DNA from: an uncultured Lentimicrobiaceae bacterium
GTDB lineage: Bacteria > Bacteroidota > Bacteroidia > Bacteroidales > 4484-276
Assembly: GCA_964612515.1 (NCBI GenBank)
Contig: CAZTCX010000003.1
Span: 1-56,544, forward strand
Direction: 5' to 3'
DNA: 56,544 bases
The notes under the pieces were generated by a model. It ran no database searches, was not told the origin of the DNA, and saw only the letters and a list, made by a program, of their open reading frames with translations. Both the position numbers and the translations under genes were made by a program. Positions within the stretch are counted from its first letter, which is position 1. The number at the start of each line of letters is the position of its first letter. Of this stretch, positions 47,201 through 55,823 are shown in pieces.

Positions 47201-47495
47201 TGCCGTAAAGTGGATCATCGATGTTGTGGCCATCGTTCAGGAAAGCCTGAAGACAAAGTGCACTAGTACCGGGTCTTTGCCACTGGCCAACAGCTTTTGA
47301 TTCTGGTATTACGGCGGTGGGATCTGTACTTCTACCCATAATGCCGGGTTCGTATCCTTTGCTGGTGCTTTGCACCGAAGCCAAATAAGCCAATCCTTTT
47401 TCTATCAGGATATTCGACTTCTGGGCTTCTGCCTGCGAGCTAAAAAGCAGTACGGCTCCAGCCATTAAAAAAGTAAATAAAAATTTTAGTTTCAT
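44208..47495 (-). CDS. T9SS-secreted protein with an N-terminal prenyltransferase/squalene-cyclase-like alpha/alpha-toroid, Ig/BACON-like domains and the shared pre-CTD module
   Basis: 1095 aa with a signal peptide. The first ~370 aa are helical-repeat, Gly/aromatic-rich (YILSQQTTTGYYAGGFG, ...PVLETALALLCLQ). A BACON-like unit follows (DWTITSDAAWLTATPDMGDNDATITFNYAANNSAVGRVGTLTISS). The C-terminus is a Por CTD (FNIYPNPTTGMLNI...GIYFMKA...KIVVE). Confidence 0.7.
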   Translation of the reverse strand: MKLKFLFTFLMAGAVLLFSSQAEAQKSNILIEKGLAYLASVQSTSKGYEPGIMGRSTDPTAVIPESKAVGQWQRPGTSALCLQAFLNDGHNIDDPLYGTVVTNAINYILSQQTTTGYYAGGFGNTGENGYETAQCIFALKLALITPLNGGGFISGALATSINTALDLGLNYYTQDVQDAWTAVSWRYNRGYTGQFTGDMSVNQWVYLAFDIMNYTGKDIWNKIYNYQLNRSCSSGDYSYIGYTECNTWTHGNTCSGTWGAVLAADKGVAAANNLKTRYYNYLDNFTLSQLIDPGQVNYNYVYSGGGYYYYLYGFSKAMQLSAQTIFAGGNWYEYLYNAIEGQHFTDGNGNYYWDQWGSQGPVLETALALLCLQTSGVPEGSTLKISLDTDPAKEDCFEFTVFDDQGNSAGRDNGVWYTNIPLSEWTSTSGDYFEIEIQVLESGNYGAQIVNTCGEFKSAELCYRTFLLDELTDEECFLLEDVPPFTPIGATGFVNAIGGLNVIIVVPPTPLPVMQIDPNVVGFNPFEFSHTYNFQFDINELGGLTPITNINIYASDVTDQNGNVIPSSAFTINPISIPLILAGESATVDVTLVTPASLPNPIGLFEAVITIQTPDQVRSVTLKIGAPEMSINPASATVPFNAGSGNFALNFTGTTGADWTITSDAAWLTATPDMGDNDATITFNYAANNSAVGRVGTLTISSPLAANTELTFIVTQNGTGSQADQAIELPVGWLGISSYIIPTDPDIEVVLSGIEDQMEIILAKNGIYWPGHNINLIGNWNSYEGYKIKIIEPALLEIFGFPAGSQVTIPAGMSFMPVLSSVPVSNQIFADMGAALNYAFDIQHSLMYWPAGGIYNINPLNPGMGYLVNLKAPVTVDFAPKYAAEPQQFVKPVNTSLWKDPVNTGNPHMISVSAEALSILEPGDYIGVFNQAGNIAGLASYAQPGRNLLLVAYGDDFTTAIKEGLSEGEAMTFSVYRAATDQVYHLDVTFDASFNQGIYENGATSVIKALKLGALGIGNVTKAGFNIYPNPTTGMLNIAADGNYNITLLNAAGQIVKEVTMQNAVTIDLSQLEKGIYFMKAADGNNLVFRKIVVE
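44211..44426 (-). other. T9SS (Por) C-terminal sorting domain
   Basis: GFNIYPNPTTGMLNIAADGNYNITLLNAAGQIVKEV...GIYFMKAADGNNLVFRKIVVE. Confidence 0.8.
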
Positions 47496-47558
47496 AAGTA
47501 ATCCTCCTTAAAAATTTGATGAATAATAAATGAGTTGAGCTTTTGTATTGATCGATAA

Positions 47559-48725
47559 TTATTTAAAAATCACATTGCGTTTTTTCACCGTAGTACTTTC
47601 AGGCAGACCAGCGATTTCCTCCAGTGTCAGCAGCACATAAGCAGTAACGAGCACCGGATTATTTTCCCACCAGCGACCGTTTTCGTTTACCCAAAATCCA
47701 TCAGCCGACTGCGTTTTGAGCAATTGGTTGGCCAGATCGTTGCGCCACTCATGCGCGGTTCCGTCAGGGCTTTGGATAATTTCGGTGCCATAGGCATTCA
47801 TAGCCTTGGCCATAGTTTGGTAATAATAATAGAGACCTTGCAGCCCCATCAGAGGAGTAGTCTCGATGGCGTAGTTGCTGCTGATCCAGTTGTAGGCGGC
47901 CTGAACCCTGGGGTCATCCTTAGCAACGCGGGCATAGATCATACTCTTCATGCCAGCGTATGTCATGCTTGCATAAGAGTCAGAGCCGCCTGCTTTGCTT
48001 ACACCGGGGTTGTACATAAATCCACCATCGTTTTGTGCATACGATTCCGGGTTCACGTTTTGAAGATTCTGGCAACGTGCCAGAAATACCAAAGCTTTGT
48101 CATAAAAGAGTTTCTTGCCCATGATCCTGTTTTTCTCTTCATCGGTCATGTTTTTTTCAGGATCATACGCTTCGCGTTCGTCAATGGCCATAGCCTCAAC
48201 AGCCCATTGCAGATTAGAGAGGTCGGGACGATGTTCGCCGTCATAACCCATTCCGCCATAAAACAAACTGTCGGTAGTCATGTCGATGGTTTCGTCCACC
48301 TGCAAGCCCATTAGGAAGTCCTCGGCATTTTTTATTATCTGATCATAAGCCGGATTGTTGGCATCTTTGAAAGCAATCAAACAAATAGAAGTATTGTAAG
48401 TTGGCATGTCGTCGGTATAAATGCTTCCATCGGGCTTTATGCAACTGCTAAGAAACGTAAAGCCGTTGGCAATCATAGGTTCAGACTCGCTAATGCTCGG
48501 GTGGGCACGCAGATAGGCCGAGAGTACCAGACCTGTAATGGCCGGATAATGCTGCCACGAGCCGTCATCTTCCTGTTGATCGTAAAGATATTTAAGGCCT
48601 AATTTGATGGAGTGGTCTATCTCCTTGGCCAGCGAAAGTTCAACTTTGGGAGCTGATTCCTGAGCAAAAATGCTTGGCGAGAAAAGGAGCAAAAGAAAAA
48701 TCCAGGTGTAGGTTTCTAATTTCAT
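47559..48725 (-). CDS. Secreted prenyltransferase/squalene-oxidase-repeat (terpene-cyclase-like alpha/alpha-toroid) protein, probably non-catalytic
   Basis: 388 aa with a signal peptide. QW-type repeats YLYDQQEDDGSW and LLKTQSADGFW, plus YGGMGYDGEHRPDLSNLQWAVEAM. No DxDD catalytic motif seen. Confidence 0.7.
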   Translation of the reverse strand: MKLETYTWIFLLLLFSPSIFAQESAPKVELSLAKEIDHSIKLGLKYLYDQQEDDGSWQHYPAITGLVLSAYLRAHPSISESEPMIANGFTFLSSCIKPDGSIYTDDMPTYNTSICLIAFKDANNPAYDQIIKNAEDFLMGLQVDETIDMTTDSLFYGGMGYDGEHRPDLSNLQWAVEAMAIDEREAYDPEKNMTDEEKNRIMGKKLFYDKALVFLARCQNLQNVNPESYAQNDGGFMYNPGVSKAGGSDSYASMTYAGMKSMIYARVAKDDPRVQAAYNWISSNYAIETTPLMGLQGLYYYYQTMAKAMNAYGTEIIQSPDGTAHEWRNDLANQLLKTQSADGFWVNENGRWWENNPVLVTAYVLLTLEEIAGLPESTTVKKRNVIFK

Positions 48726-48730
48726 AGGCT

Positions 48731-49459
48731 TTATTTTATTGTTTTAATGGTTAAGGTAACTGGCTCACCGATTATCAGATTTTTGTTTTTGTTGACATAA
48801 AAAAGCTCATCGTTAAATTTGGATTGTGCGTTGAGTTCCATCAGTGCAATGGGATCGCTGTAGGTGGCAATCATTGTAACGTCAGGATCGATAATCACAT
48901 GACCGCTGCGATGCGTCACCGGCCCACGAAAAAGCCAGGTAGATTTTCCTAATTCCTTTTTTACAGTTTCATCAAAAACAAAATGCTCAATGGGTTCGGT
49001 CACTTGTTTGCCATCCCGCTGAAGGGATAGGGTTATAACCACACTATCGCCGGGCGTTTCGATGGTGGTAAAGTTAGAAAGAGGGTCAGCTTTGGCAGGA
49101 TCGTCAGGTTCTTCGTTTACCGGATCAAGCCCCAACAACAGCAGCGCCGTTTGAAACTCCATAGGGGTTACGGTTGTCGAAAGCAGGCTCTCATGCAGCT
49201 TTCCTTCTTTGGTGCAAAGAATCACTTCGACCAAACCATCGTTCATGTTAACCAAGCAAGGAAAAGATATACTTCCCGCCTCGGTATCAATGACAACATC
49301 GTTGAGCTGATAGGTGGTTTTGTCTTTCTTTTGCAACACAGGCTTTTCATTTGAATCCTGCGCTTGCCCTACAAATGGTACAAGGAATATAAGGCAAACT
49401 GCTGCTACCAGACACTTTCCAGCTTTCCTTTTCTTCTGAAGAGCATTCAACATGCCCAT
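48731..49459 (-). CDS. Secreted hypothetical protein, YdjY-domain-like
   Basis: Start trimmed to the ATG at 49459 (MGMLNALQKKRKAGKCLVAAVCLIFLVPFVGQAQ signal). The core ISFPCLVNMNDGLVEVILCTKEGKLHESLLSTTVTPMEFQTALLLLGL resembles the YdjY-domain pattern from memory. Its stop is 5 nt before the next gene's start. Confidence 0.45.
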   Translation of the reverse strand: MGMLNALQKKRKAGKCLVAAVCLIFLVPFVGQAQDSNEKPVLQKKDKTTYQLNDVVIDTEAGSISFPCLVNMNDGLVEVILCTKEGKLHESLLSTTVTPMEFQTALLLLGLDPVNEEPDDPAKADPLSNFTTIETPGDSVVITLSLQRDGKQVTEPIEHFVFDETVKKELGKSTWLFRGPVTHRSGHVIIDPDVTMIATYSDPIALMELNAQSKFNDELFYVNKNKNLIIGEPVTLTIKTIK

Positions 49460-49804
49460 TATTGATATTTGATGAATACCCATTACAAATAGTTTTATTA
49501 AAACGGTTGATTTCTTTTCGTGATACAATAGTAAGAAAGTTTCAATTACCAAATCAATATCAATAGATTTTTTAACAAAATAATAGCTTTTAAAAATCAA
49601 TTGTGCTTAGCTCAATAACTTTAAGAAGTTAAAATTCCTTACTTGACAACCTGAAAAGCGATTTTGACATTCATATTCCAACGTATTGATTAATAATAGA
49701 AAAAGCACCTATTGACACCTCATAGGGCGCCTAATTTTGGGCTTCTAAGAGTGTAGAAATATTTTTAAGAAAACTTTTTCTTGGTGGTCAAAAATTTTTA
49801 ATTC

Positions 49805-49812
49805 TAAATTTG
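49805..49812 (+). promoter_or_regulatory. -7 box (TAAATTTG) upstream of the first TonB-dependent receptor
   Basis: TAnnTTTG match 30 nt upstream of the ATG at 49842. Confidence 0.4.
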
Positions 49813-49841
49813 CTGACGGAAAACCTAATAAATCCAATATT

Positions 49842-52040
49842 ATGACAAAGAACATAAACCTTCGAAAATCCTTTTTGCTACCTGCAGTTATCATCGTTTT
49901 ACTGCTATTTCAATATTATTATGCAAATGCCAGTGCAAATGAGCCTGACACTTTGCGACAGATCACTATGGATGAAGTAGTGATTACCGCCAATCGTTAC
50001 AACCAGGAGCTTATCAACACCGGCGCCTCTTTGAATGTGCTGCGTGCCGGTGAGATCAATCAATTGCCAGCACTGAACTTCACGGGTATTCTCAGCTACC
50101 TTCCGGGGATATATTCCACCTCCAACGACGGCATGGGGCTTAACCCACAAATCAGCATTCGTGGTTTTTATGGTGGTGGCGAAGCCGAATATCTCACCGT
50201 GCTGGTGGACGGCATTCCTGTAAACGATTTGGAATCAGGATTAGCCAACTGGAACCAGGTTCCGCTCAACGAGATCAACCGCGTGGAACTGCTGCGGGGA
50301 GGCTCTTCCACCATTTATGGCGATGCCGCTATGGGAGGCGTGCTTAATATAAGGACTACCGGCAACGGAAAACCTTTCACCACTGCGAACATCGGATATG
50401 GCTCATTCAACACGTATGAGATAGGGGCGGCACATGGCGGCAAATTAGGTAATGGCACCTATGAACTCTATGCCAATCACAACACAACCGATGGTTTCAG
50501 GGATCACGCTAAGTGGAGTACCATCAACTTTGGAGGTAAAGTAAAGCTGCCCATCAGTCGCAATTCCACAATAGGCTTTAGTACATTTAACCAGATACTT
50601 TCTTCAGACGATCCTGGTTTTCTTTTCCAACAAAACATCGACACCAACCGCACTGCCTCATTGCCGCAATTCCGTGCTGACGGGCAGGATATGCAGAAGT
50701 ATCTTGTAAATCTCGATTTGCAAACCCGCATCAACGCTAGAACTGACCTGGGCATCAACTTGAGCTACCAGCATAAGAACAGCGAAAAGACCCGCACTTT
50801 TGCTCAAATTCCTAATATTCTTGCATTCGGCGATTATGGTCCTTACCCAATTGGCTTATACGATACTACCGCCTACGGCGATACCAAAAAACGTAACCTC
50901 GACACCGATCAGTTGAATCTGGCTATTCGCCTCCACAGCGAAATTCCCGATGCAGGAGTGCGCATCACTGGTGGCATCGAAGGAGGATATGGTGGTTACA
51001 ACAGCGAATATGCCGATATTTTCAGAGGTTTCGAATATGATTATCAAAATAACTACACGCCCTGGGATTCGCTTGATGCACGCGGCGATGGTTATCGTTT
51101 TACCGCAGCAGCTTACATCAACGGTGAAATACGCCTTGCCGAGCCACTTACGTTGCTGGCAGGCCTGCGCTACGACGTGATATCCGACAAATATACCGGC
51201 AAGGTTCCGGACACTACTATTAATAAAACCAATTCGGCGCTAAGCCCAAAAATTGCATTGAACCTGAGCACCGGAAAAACCGACAACTACTCCGGGAGTA
51301 TCTTTGTGAGCTACGCCACCGCCTTTAAAGCACCTACCATCGACCAGCGCACCGACCTGAAAAGTCTCAATTATTTTATGTTTATTGATGCCGGCCCAGC
51401 GTACATTCCAATCCAAATAAAGGCGGATCCTTTCGCCAATGCCGATCTGAAACCCCAAACCAGCTATAACTACGAAATCGGCACTTATCAATTCTATAAG
51501 TTCTCCGACAACTTTACCACAGAGATAAGCCTTGCTGGTTATCTGATAAAGGTGAAAGATGAGATCGATTTTGATCTGATGACGCAGAAATACAAAAACA
51601 TCATCGACACCGAACATACCGGCCTGGAGACCAGTGTAAAAGTAAATGTGTACAAAAACTGGAACGGTTTTGTGAATTATAACTTCACACAGGTTGAGTT
51701 TTCGTCTGGCGAAAATGAAGGTAAACAGCTTAAAGGGATTCCTCAAAATGTTGTTTCGGCAGGCATTGCGTATGCTCCCGAAACCGGTTTTGGTGCTTCG
51801 CTACTTTTAGATGGTGCCAGCAAAATATATCTCGACGATCAAAATTCAACTACGCTTGACGGGCACACCATCCTCGGTACCCGCTTGCAATACAACCTGA
51901 GTTTTGTAACTTTTTATGTTGATATCAAAAACATCTTCGGCACCGACTACAGTGGCACCGGCTATGCACTGGATGGGGTAAGCTATTTATATCCCGCCGC
52001 CGGAAGAATGTTTTTTGGCGGTGCAAGCTTCAGTTTTTAA
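49842..52040 (+). CDS. TonB-dependent outer-membrane receptor
   Basis: Signal peptide, TonB-box-like DEVVITA, plug (VELLRGGSSTIYGDAAMGGVLNIRT), a long beta-barrel and a C-terminal aromatic (GGASFSF). No SusD-like partner. Confidence 0.85.
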   Translation: MTKNINLRKSFLLPAVIIVLLLFQYYYANASANEPDTLRQITMDEVVITANRYNQELINTGASLNVLRAGEINQLPALNFTGILSYLPGIYSTSNDGMGLNPQISIRGFYGGGEAEYLTVLVDGIPVNDLESGLANWNQVPLNEINRVELLRGGSSTIYGDAAMGGVLNIRTTGNGKPFTTANIGYGSFNTYEIGAAHGGKLGNGTYELYANHNTTDGFRDHAKWSTINFGGKVKLPISRNSTIGFSTFNQILSSDDPGFLFQQNIDTNRTASLPQFRADGQDMQKYLVNLDLQTRINARTDLGINLSYQHKNSEKTRTFAQIPNILAFGDYGPYPIGLYDTTAYGDTKKRNLDTDQLNLAIRLHSEIPDAGVRITGGIEGGYGGYNSEYADIFRGFEYDYQNNYTPWDSLDARGDGYRFTAAAYINGEIRLAEPLTLLAGLRYDVISDKYTGKVPDTTINKTNSALSPKIALNLSTGKTDNYSGSIFVSYATAFKAPTIDQRTDLKSLNYFMFIDAGPAYIPIQIKADPFANADLKPQTSYNYEIGTYQFYKFSDNFTTEISLAGYLIKVKDEIDFDLMTQKYKNIIDTEHTGLETSVKVNVYKNWNGFVNYNFTQVEFSSGENEGKQLKGIPQNVVSAGIAYAPETGFGASLLLDGASKIYLDDQNSTTLDGHTILGTRLQYNLSFVTFYVDIKNIFGTDYSGTGYALDGVSYLYPAAGRMFFGGASFSF

Positions 52041-52062
52041 TGATTAATAAAACCAGGCTTTT

Positions 52063-54321
52063 GTGAAAAAAAGATTTTTATTCCTGGCTATTTTACTTGC
52101 CGGATGGGGCTATATGCTTTCGGCCCAAACCATCTCGGGCACTGTGGTGGATACCAAAATGGATAAACCGCTTAGCAATGCTACGGTGATGATAAATGAA
52201 ACCGGAACGGGTGTTTACAGCGACGACAAGGGATTTTACAGCATTGATGTACCCGCGGCAGGAACCTATACAATAAGCGCCTCGGTGGTAGGATTTCAAA
52301 TGGCCAGACAAACTATTGTCGTTGGTTTCACCGATATCAAAAACTACAACCTTTACCTTCAGCCCACTTTTATAACACTCAACAACGAGTTTGTTGTAAC
52401 AGCGAGTCGCATCGAAACGGGTAGTTATTCTTCGCCCGAAGCCGTCACTATTGTCGATGCCACCGACCTGGAGCATGAGGCGCCGCGTACTGTGCCAGAA
52501 GCTTTAGAAGGAACAGCAGGGGTTTTTATGCAAAAAACCAATCACGGCGGCGGATCGCCAATTATCCGGGGTCTTACCGGCCACCAAAACCTGATGCTCA
52601 TCGATGGCATCCGCCTCAACAACGCCACATTTCGGGGTGGCCCCAATCAATATCTCTCCACGGTCAACCCACAGATGATTCAAACCATCGAGGTGGTTCG
52701 CGGTGCCGGCTCCGTACTTTATGGCAGCGACGCGCTGGGCGGTGTGGTGAATCTCATTACCCGCACACCTGCTTTTGCAGCGAATGGATGGAAAACCGGT
52801 GGCGAAGTGTATGGCAAATTCATGACCGACGACATGCAAAAAACCGGGGGAGTGCGTATTAATAGTGCCAATAGTAAAATGGCCGTTACCGCAGGTTTTA
52901 TCTATAATGATTTTGGCGACATCGTGGGTGGCGACACTACCGGCAAACAAACACCTACGGGATATCAGGCCATGGCCGGCGACGTGAAGCTACGCCTGAG
53001 AATTACCGAAAACAGCCAGCTCATCCTGGCCTATCAATACGATCGCCAGACGGACGTTCCACGCTACGACAAAATCATTGTCAATTATGACAAGTATAAT
53101 TTCGACCCACAGATCCGACAACTGGGCTATGCACGGTTTATCAACGAATCGCACAACAAATGGGCAAAACAGGTCTCAGCCACCCTTTCCATTAATCAAT
53201 CGGACGAAACGAGAATCCTGCAAAAACGTGGTTCGCAAACCATCACCAATGAACATGATCTGGTGAACACGTGGGGCGCAACGGTTCAGGTGAACTCCTA
53301 CCCCACTGCCGCGTGGCATTTTGTGTCGGGAGTTGAGTATTATTATGATAAAGTTCACAGCGAATCAACAAAAACTGAAGGCACCACCACCACCGCCAAA
53401 CGCGGCCTCTATCCCGATAATTCCACACAATCGAGCGCCGCAATTTATACTTCTCACACCGTCGATTGGAAAAACCTGAGCTACATCGCCGGCGTGCGTT
53501 TCAACGCCGTGACGGCAAAAGCACTCGACACTGAGTTTGGGGATATCGACGTAACTCCGTCAGCACTGGTTGGAAACGCTTCGGTGGTTTATCATGCCGG
53601 TAAACATTACAATCTGATTGCCTCCGTTTATTCGGGATTTCGTGCTCCAAATATCAGCGATCTCACTGGATTTGGCAGCTTCAACTATGGGATAAAAGTT
53701 CCTAACGGAGACCTAAAACCCGAGAAATCGTTCAACATGGAGTTGGGCTCCAAGATGATTTACGAAAACTTGTCGGCATCTCTATTTTTATACCAAAACA
53801 ATCTTACCGATCTTATCAGCAGTGTTCCCGGTACGTGGCATGGCAGCGACAGCCTGGACGGGGAGCGCGTTTACACTTCAAAGAATTTTGAAGAAGCGGT
53901 AATTCGCGGCATCGAAGCTCAGTTGCAATATGCTTTTACAGCAAATTGGTCGGTGGACGGAAATATTACCTACACCTATGGCGAAAACAAAACCGCCGAT
54001 CAACCGATGTCGAAAATACCCCCGCTGAATGGCTTGCTGGCGCTTAATTACCATTTCAACAACGGATTGTGGATACGCGGCGAATGGCAATCAGCAGGTA
54101 TGCAGGACAGGCTTTCATCAGGCGATGAAAGTGACAGCCGCATTCCGGATGGCGGCACGCCCGGCTGGAACATTTTAAACCTGCGTTCAGGCTATCAATG
54201 GCAGTGGCTTCACCTGACTGCCGGCCTCAACAATCTGCTCAACGAAGACTACCGCATCCACGGCTCAGGCGTCAATGGCTATGGACGTAGCGCATGGCTT
54301 GCCGTAAAAGTGGTTTTTTAA
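52063..54321 (+). CDS. TonB-dependent outer-membrane receptor with N-terminal CarboxypepD_reg-like domain
   Basis: GTVVDTKMDKPLSNATVMI (carboxypeptidase-regulatory-like), plug (IEVVRGAGSVLYGSDALGGVVNLITR), barrel, C-terminal WLAVKVVF. GTG start 22 nt after the upstream TBDR stop. Confidence 0.88.
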   Translation: MKKRFLFLAILLAGWGYMLSAQTISGTVVDTKMDKPLSNATVMINETGTGVYSDDKGFYSIDVPAAGTYTISASVVGFQMARQTIVVGFTDIKNYNLYLQPTFITLNNEFVVTASRIETGSYSSPEAVTIVDATDLEHEAPRTVPEALEGTAGVFMQKTNHGGGSPIIRGLTGHQNLMLIDGIRLNNATFRGGPNQYLSTVNPQMIQTIEVVRGAGSVLYGSDALGGVVNLITRTPAFAANGWKTGGEVYGKFMTDDMQKTGGVRINSANSKMAVTAGFIYNDFGDIVGGDTTGKQTPTGYQAMAGDVKLRLRITENSQLILAYQYDRQTDVPRYDKIIVNYDKYNFDPQIRQLGYARFINESHNKWAKQVSATLSINQSDETRILQKRGSQTITNEHDLVNTWGATVQVNSYPTAAWHFVSGVEYYYDKVHSESTKTEGTTTTAKRGLYPDNSTQSSAAIYTSHTVDWKNLSYIAGVRFNAVTAKALDTEFGDIDVTPSALVGNASVVYHAGKHYNLIASVYSGFRAPNISDLTGFGSFNYGIKVPNGDLKPEKSFNMELGSKMIYENLSASLFLYQNNLTDLISSVPGTWHGSDSLDGERVYTSKNFEEAVIRGIEAQLQYAFTANWSVDGNITYTYGENKTADQPMSKIPPLNGLLALNYHFNNGLWIRGEWQSAGMQDRLSSGDESDSRIPDGGTPGWNILNLRSGYQWQWLHLTAGLNNLLNEDYRIHGSGVNGYGRSAWLAVKVVF

Positions 54322-54352
54322 AACAAAAGATTTCGATAACTTTTTCTCTCAC

Positions 54353-55669
54353 CTACTTCTCCAGATAAACCTCAAAAACCCTGTTTACAGAAATGCTTGT
54401 GCCAAGTGGGCGCAGGAAGATGTTGGGATGCGAACTTTGTAACCCACCATAAATATAGCCGATTAGCTGATGACCCGGTGGCAAACGATCAAAGTCGATA
54501 ATTTTATGATCGATAACAGGAACGTTGGGCGCCAGGATAAAAGAAGCCCCTGCTCCCAGCAGCGCCGGCATGCGAATGTCCAACAAAGTTTCGTGAAGTG
54601 AGCCGTCAGCGTGACGCGTAACCTGCGCAATGGTATTAACACTGGGAACCAATGGATCGTCCATCACCTCTCCACTTTTTGCATCGGGAAAATAGCGCGC
54701 CATGCCACCAAAAAACAGATTGTACATGTGCTGCCGGCTTTGGCAATACAACGGAATGCTGGCGCAGTGGTAGTTGTTAAATTTCTGTTCAAAGTTAGTT
54801 ACAGCCACTGCTTTATCAGCCATGATATCAATCGGATAAAGCCACGGGAAGTTTCGATCGTACTGAAACACACCGCTAAAGGCAGTATATCCAGATGACC
54901 CGTCGGGAAAGATTTGCGGCAACAGGTTGTAGTCGCGGCGGTGAAAATGGATTGTGTCAGTTTGTGCGCCGCTGTGCTCAATCTTTCCATCGGCGTCGAG
55001 CGTAAAGCGGCGAATTTGATGCGTGTATTGTTGTCGATGTTCGTGGTTGGGCTGGGTGGTATAGCGCCCGTCAAAACGCTGGCCGAACACCAGCAGATAT
55101 TCTTTGCCGATGCGCCCCATTGCTCCGCCTGCAACCGCCATCAGCGAGTCGGTTATCTGCGTAAAGCAAGGGGTGGCTTCAGTATTCTGAATGATTGCCG
55201 ATGCGAGAGCTTCTACATCCACGATCAGTAAATAGGGAAATGTGACGTAGCTTTCGCTGGATTGGCTCCAGCCATAGCCTCCGGCAATCAGCAGTTGGTT
55301 TTCATTTTGATAAAAAGCTGCATTAACACCTTGCAACTGCTCTCTAATATGGATGGGTAGATCATTCAGCGGCTTTTGCCAAACCAGTTTGCTCACCGGA
55401 TCAATCAGCCAGATGGCATTGGCAGCGCTGTCGGGTGGATAGGCCCGCTCCGGACGATGGTCGTGCAAGCCATCGAGGCGCCCGCCAAGAACCAACCAAC
55501 GCCCGCCGATGGTGGCATGAGCAAAGCCATTTAATGCTGGCGCCGCCGGAATTTCAATTTCCGTTAGTGTTATCTTTAGGACATCATCTGAAGTACTGGA
55601 TTTGCTACAACTGCTTACAATCCATATCAGGATTAAGCCCATCGTTATTTTCAGGAAGGGGTCTTTCAT
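54353..55669 (-). CDS. Hypothetical lipoprotein, Kelch-like beta-propeller suspected
   Basis: Lipobox (IVSSCS). Recurrent blade-like motifs (WLVLGGRLDG, LLIAGGYGW, LLVFGQRFDG, LFFGGMARY). Confidence 0.55.
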   Translation of the reverse strand: MKDPFLKITMGLILIWIVSSCSKSSTSDDVLKITLTEIEIPAAPALNGFAHATIGGRWLVLGGRLDGLHDHRPERAYPPDSAANAIWLIDPVSKLVWQKPLNDLPIHIREQLQGVNAAFYQNENQLLIAGGYGWSQSSESYVTFPYLLIVDVEALASAIIQNTEATPCFTQITDSLMAVAGGAMGRIGKEYLLVFGQRFDGRYTTQPNHEHRQQYTHQIRRFTLDADGKIEHSGAQTDTIHFHRRDYNLLPQIFPDGSSGYTAFSGVFQYDRNFPWLYPIDIMADKAVAVTNFEQKFNNYHCASIPLYCQSRQHMYNLFFGGMARYFPDAKSGEVMDDPLVPSVNTIAQVTRHADGSLHETLLDIRMPALLGAGASFILAPNVPVIDHKIIDFDRLPPGHQLIGYIYGGLQSSHPNIFLRPLGTSISVNRVFEVYLEK

Positions 55670-55823
55670 CTTCTTGTTTTTAAACCATTAATAAAACACA
55701 TCATACGTTTTGGGCTGTTTCGAAACTATTTTACAAAAATGCAGATTATTCCAAACCCTTTTGTAATCCTTTACCTACAATAGTTCGGTTAATTAGTATC
55801 AACATTTGTAAAGAAACAATTTT

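Noticed and set aside
44208-48725. Reading the toroid proteins as active terpene cyclases or alpha-2-macroglobulin-like thioester proteins.
   Set aside because: Neither protein has a DxDD-type acid motif. The only CGE-containing site (NTCGEFK) is CGEF rather than CxEQ, and it lies outside the toroid region.
49601-49841. Cobalamin or other riboswitch upstream of the first TonB-dependent receptor.
   Set aside because: I saw no B12-box-like sequence (…AGYCMGGAGACCKGCC… / GCCACTG) and no obvious multi-stem GC-rich structure. The region is simply AT-rich. An Rfam scan would be decisive.
52063-54321. Calling the second TBDR a heme/hemoglobin receptor on the basis of a FRAP box (SGFRAPNISDL).
   Set aside because: The companion NPNL box and the conserved His between the two boxes are not present (…TGFGSFNYGIKVPNGDLKPE…). 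The FRAP-like string alone is not specific.
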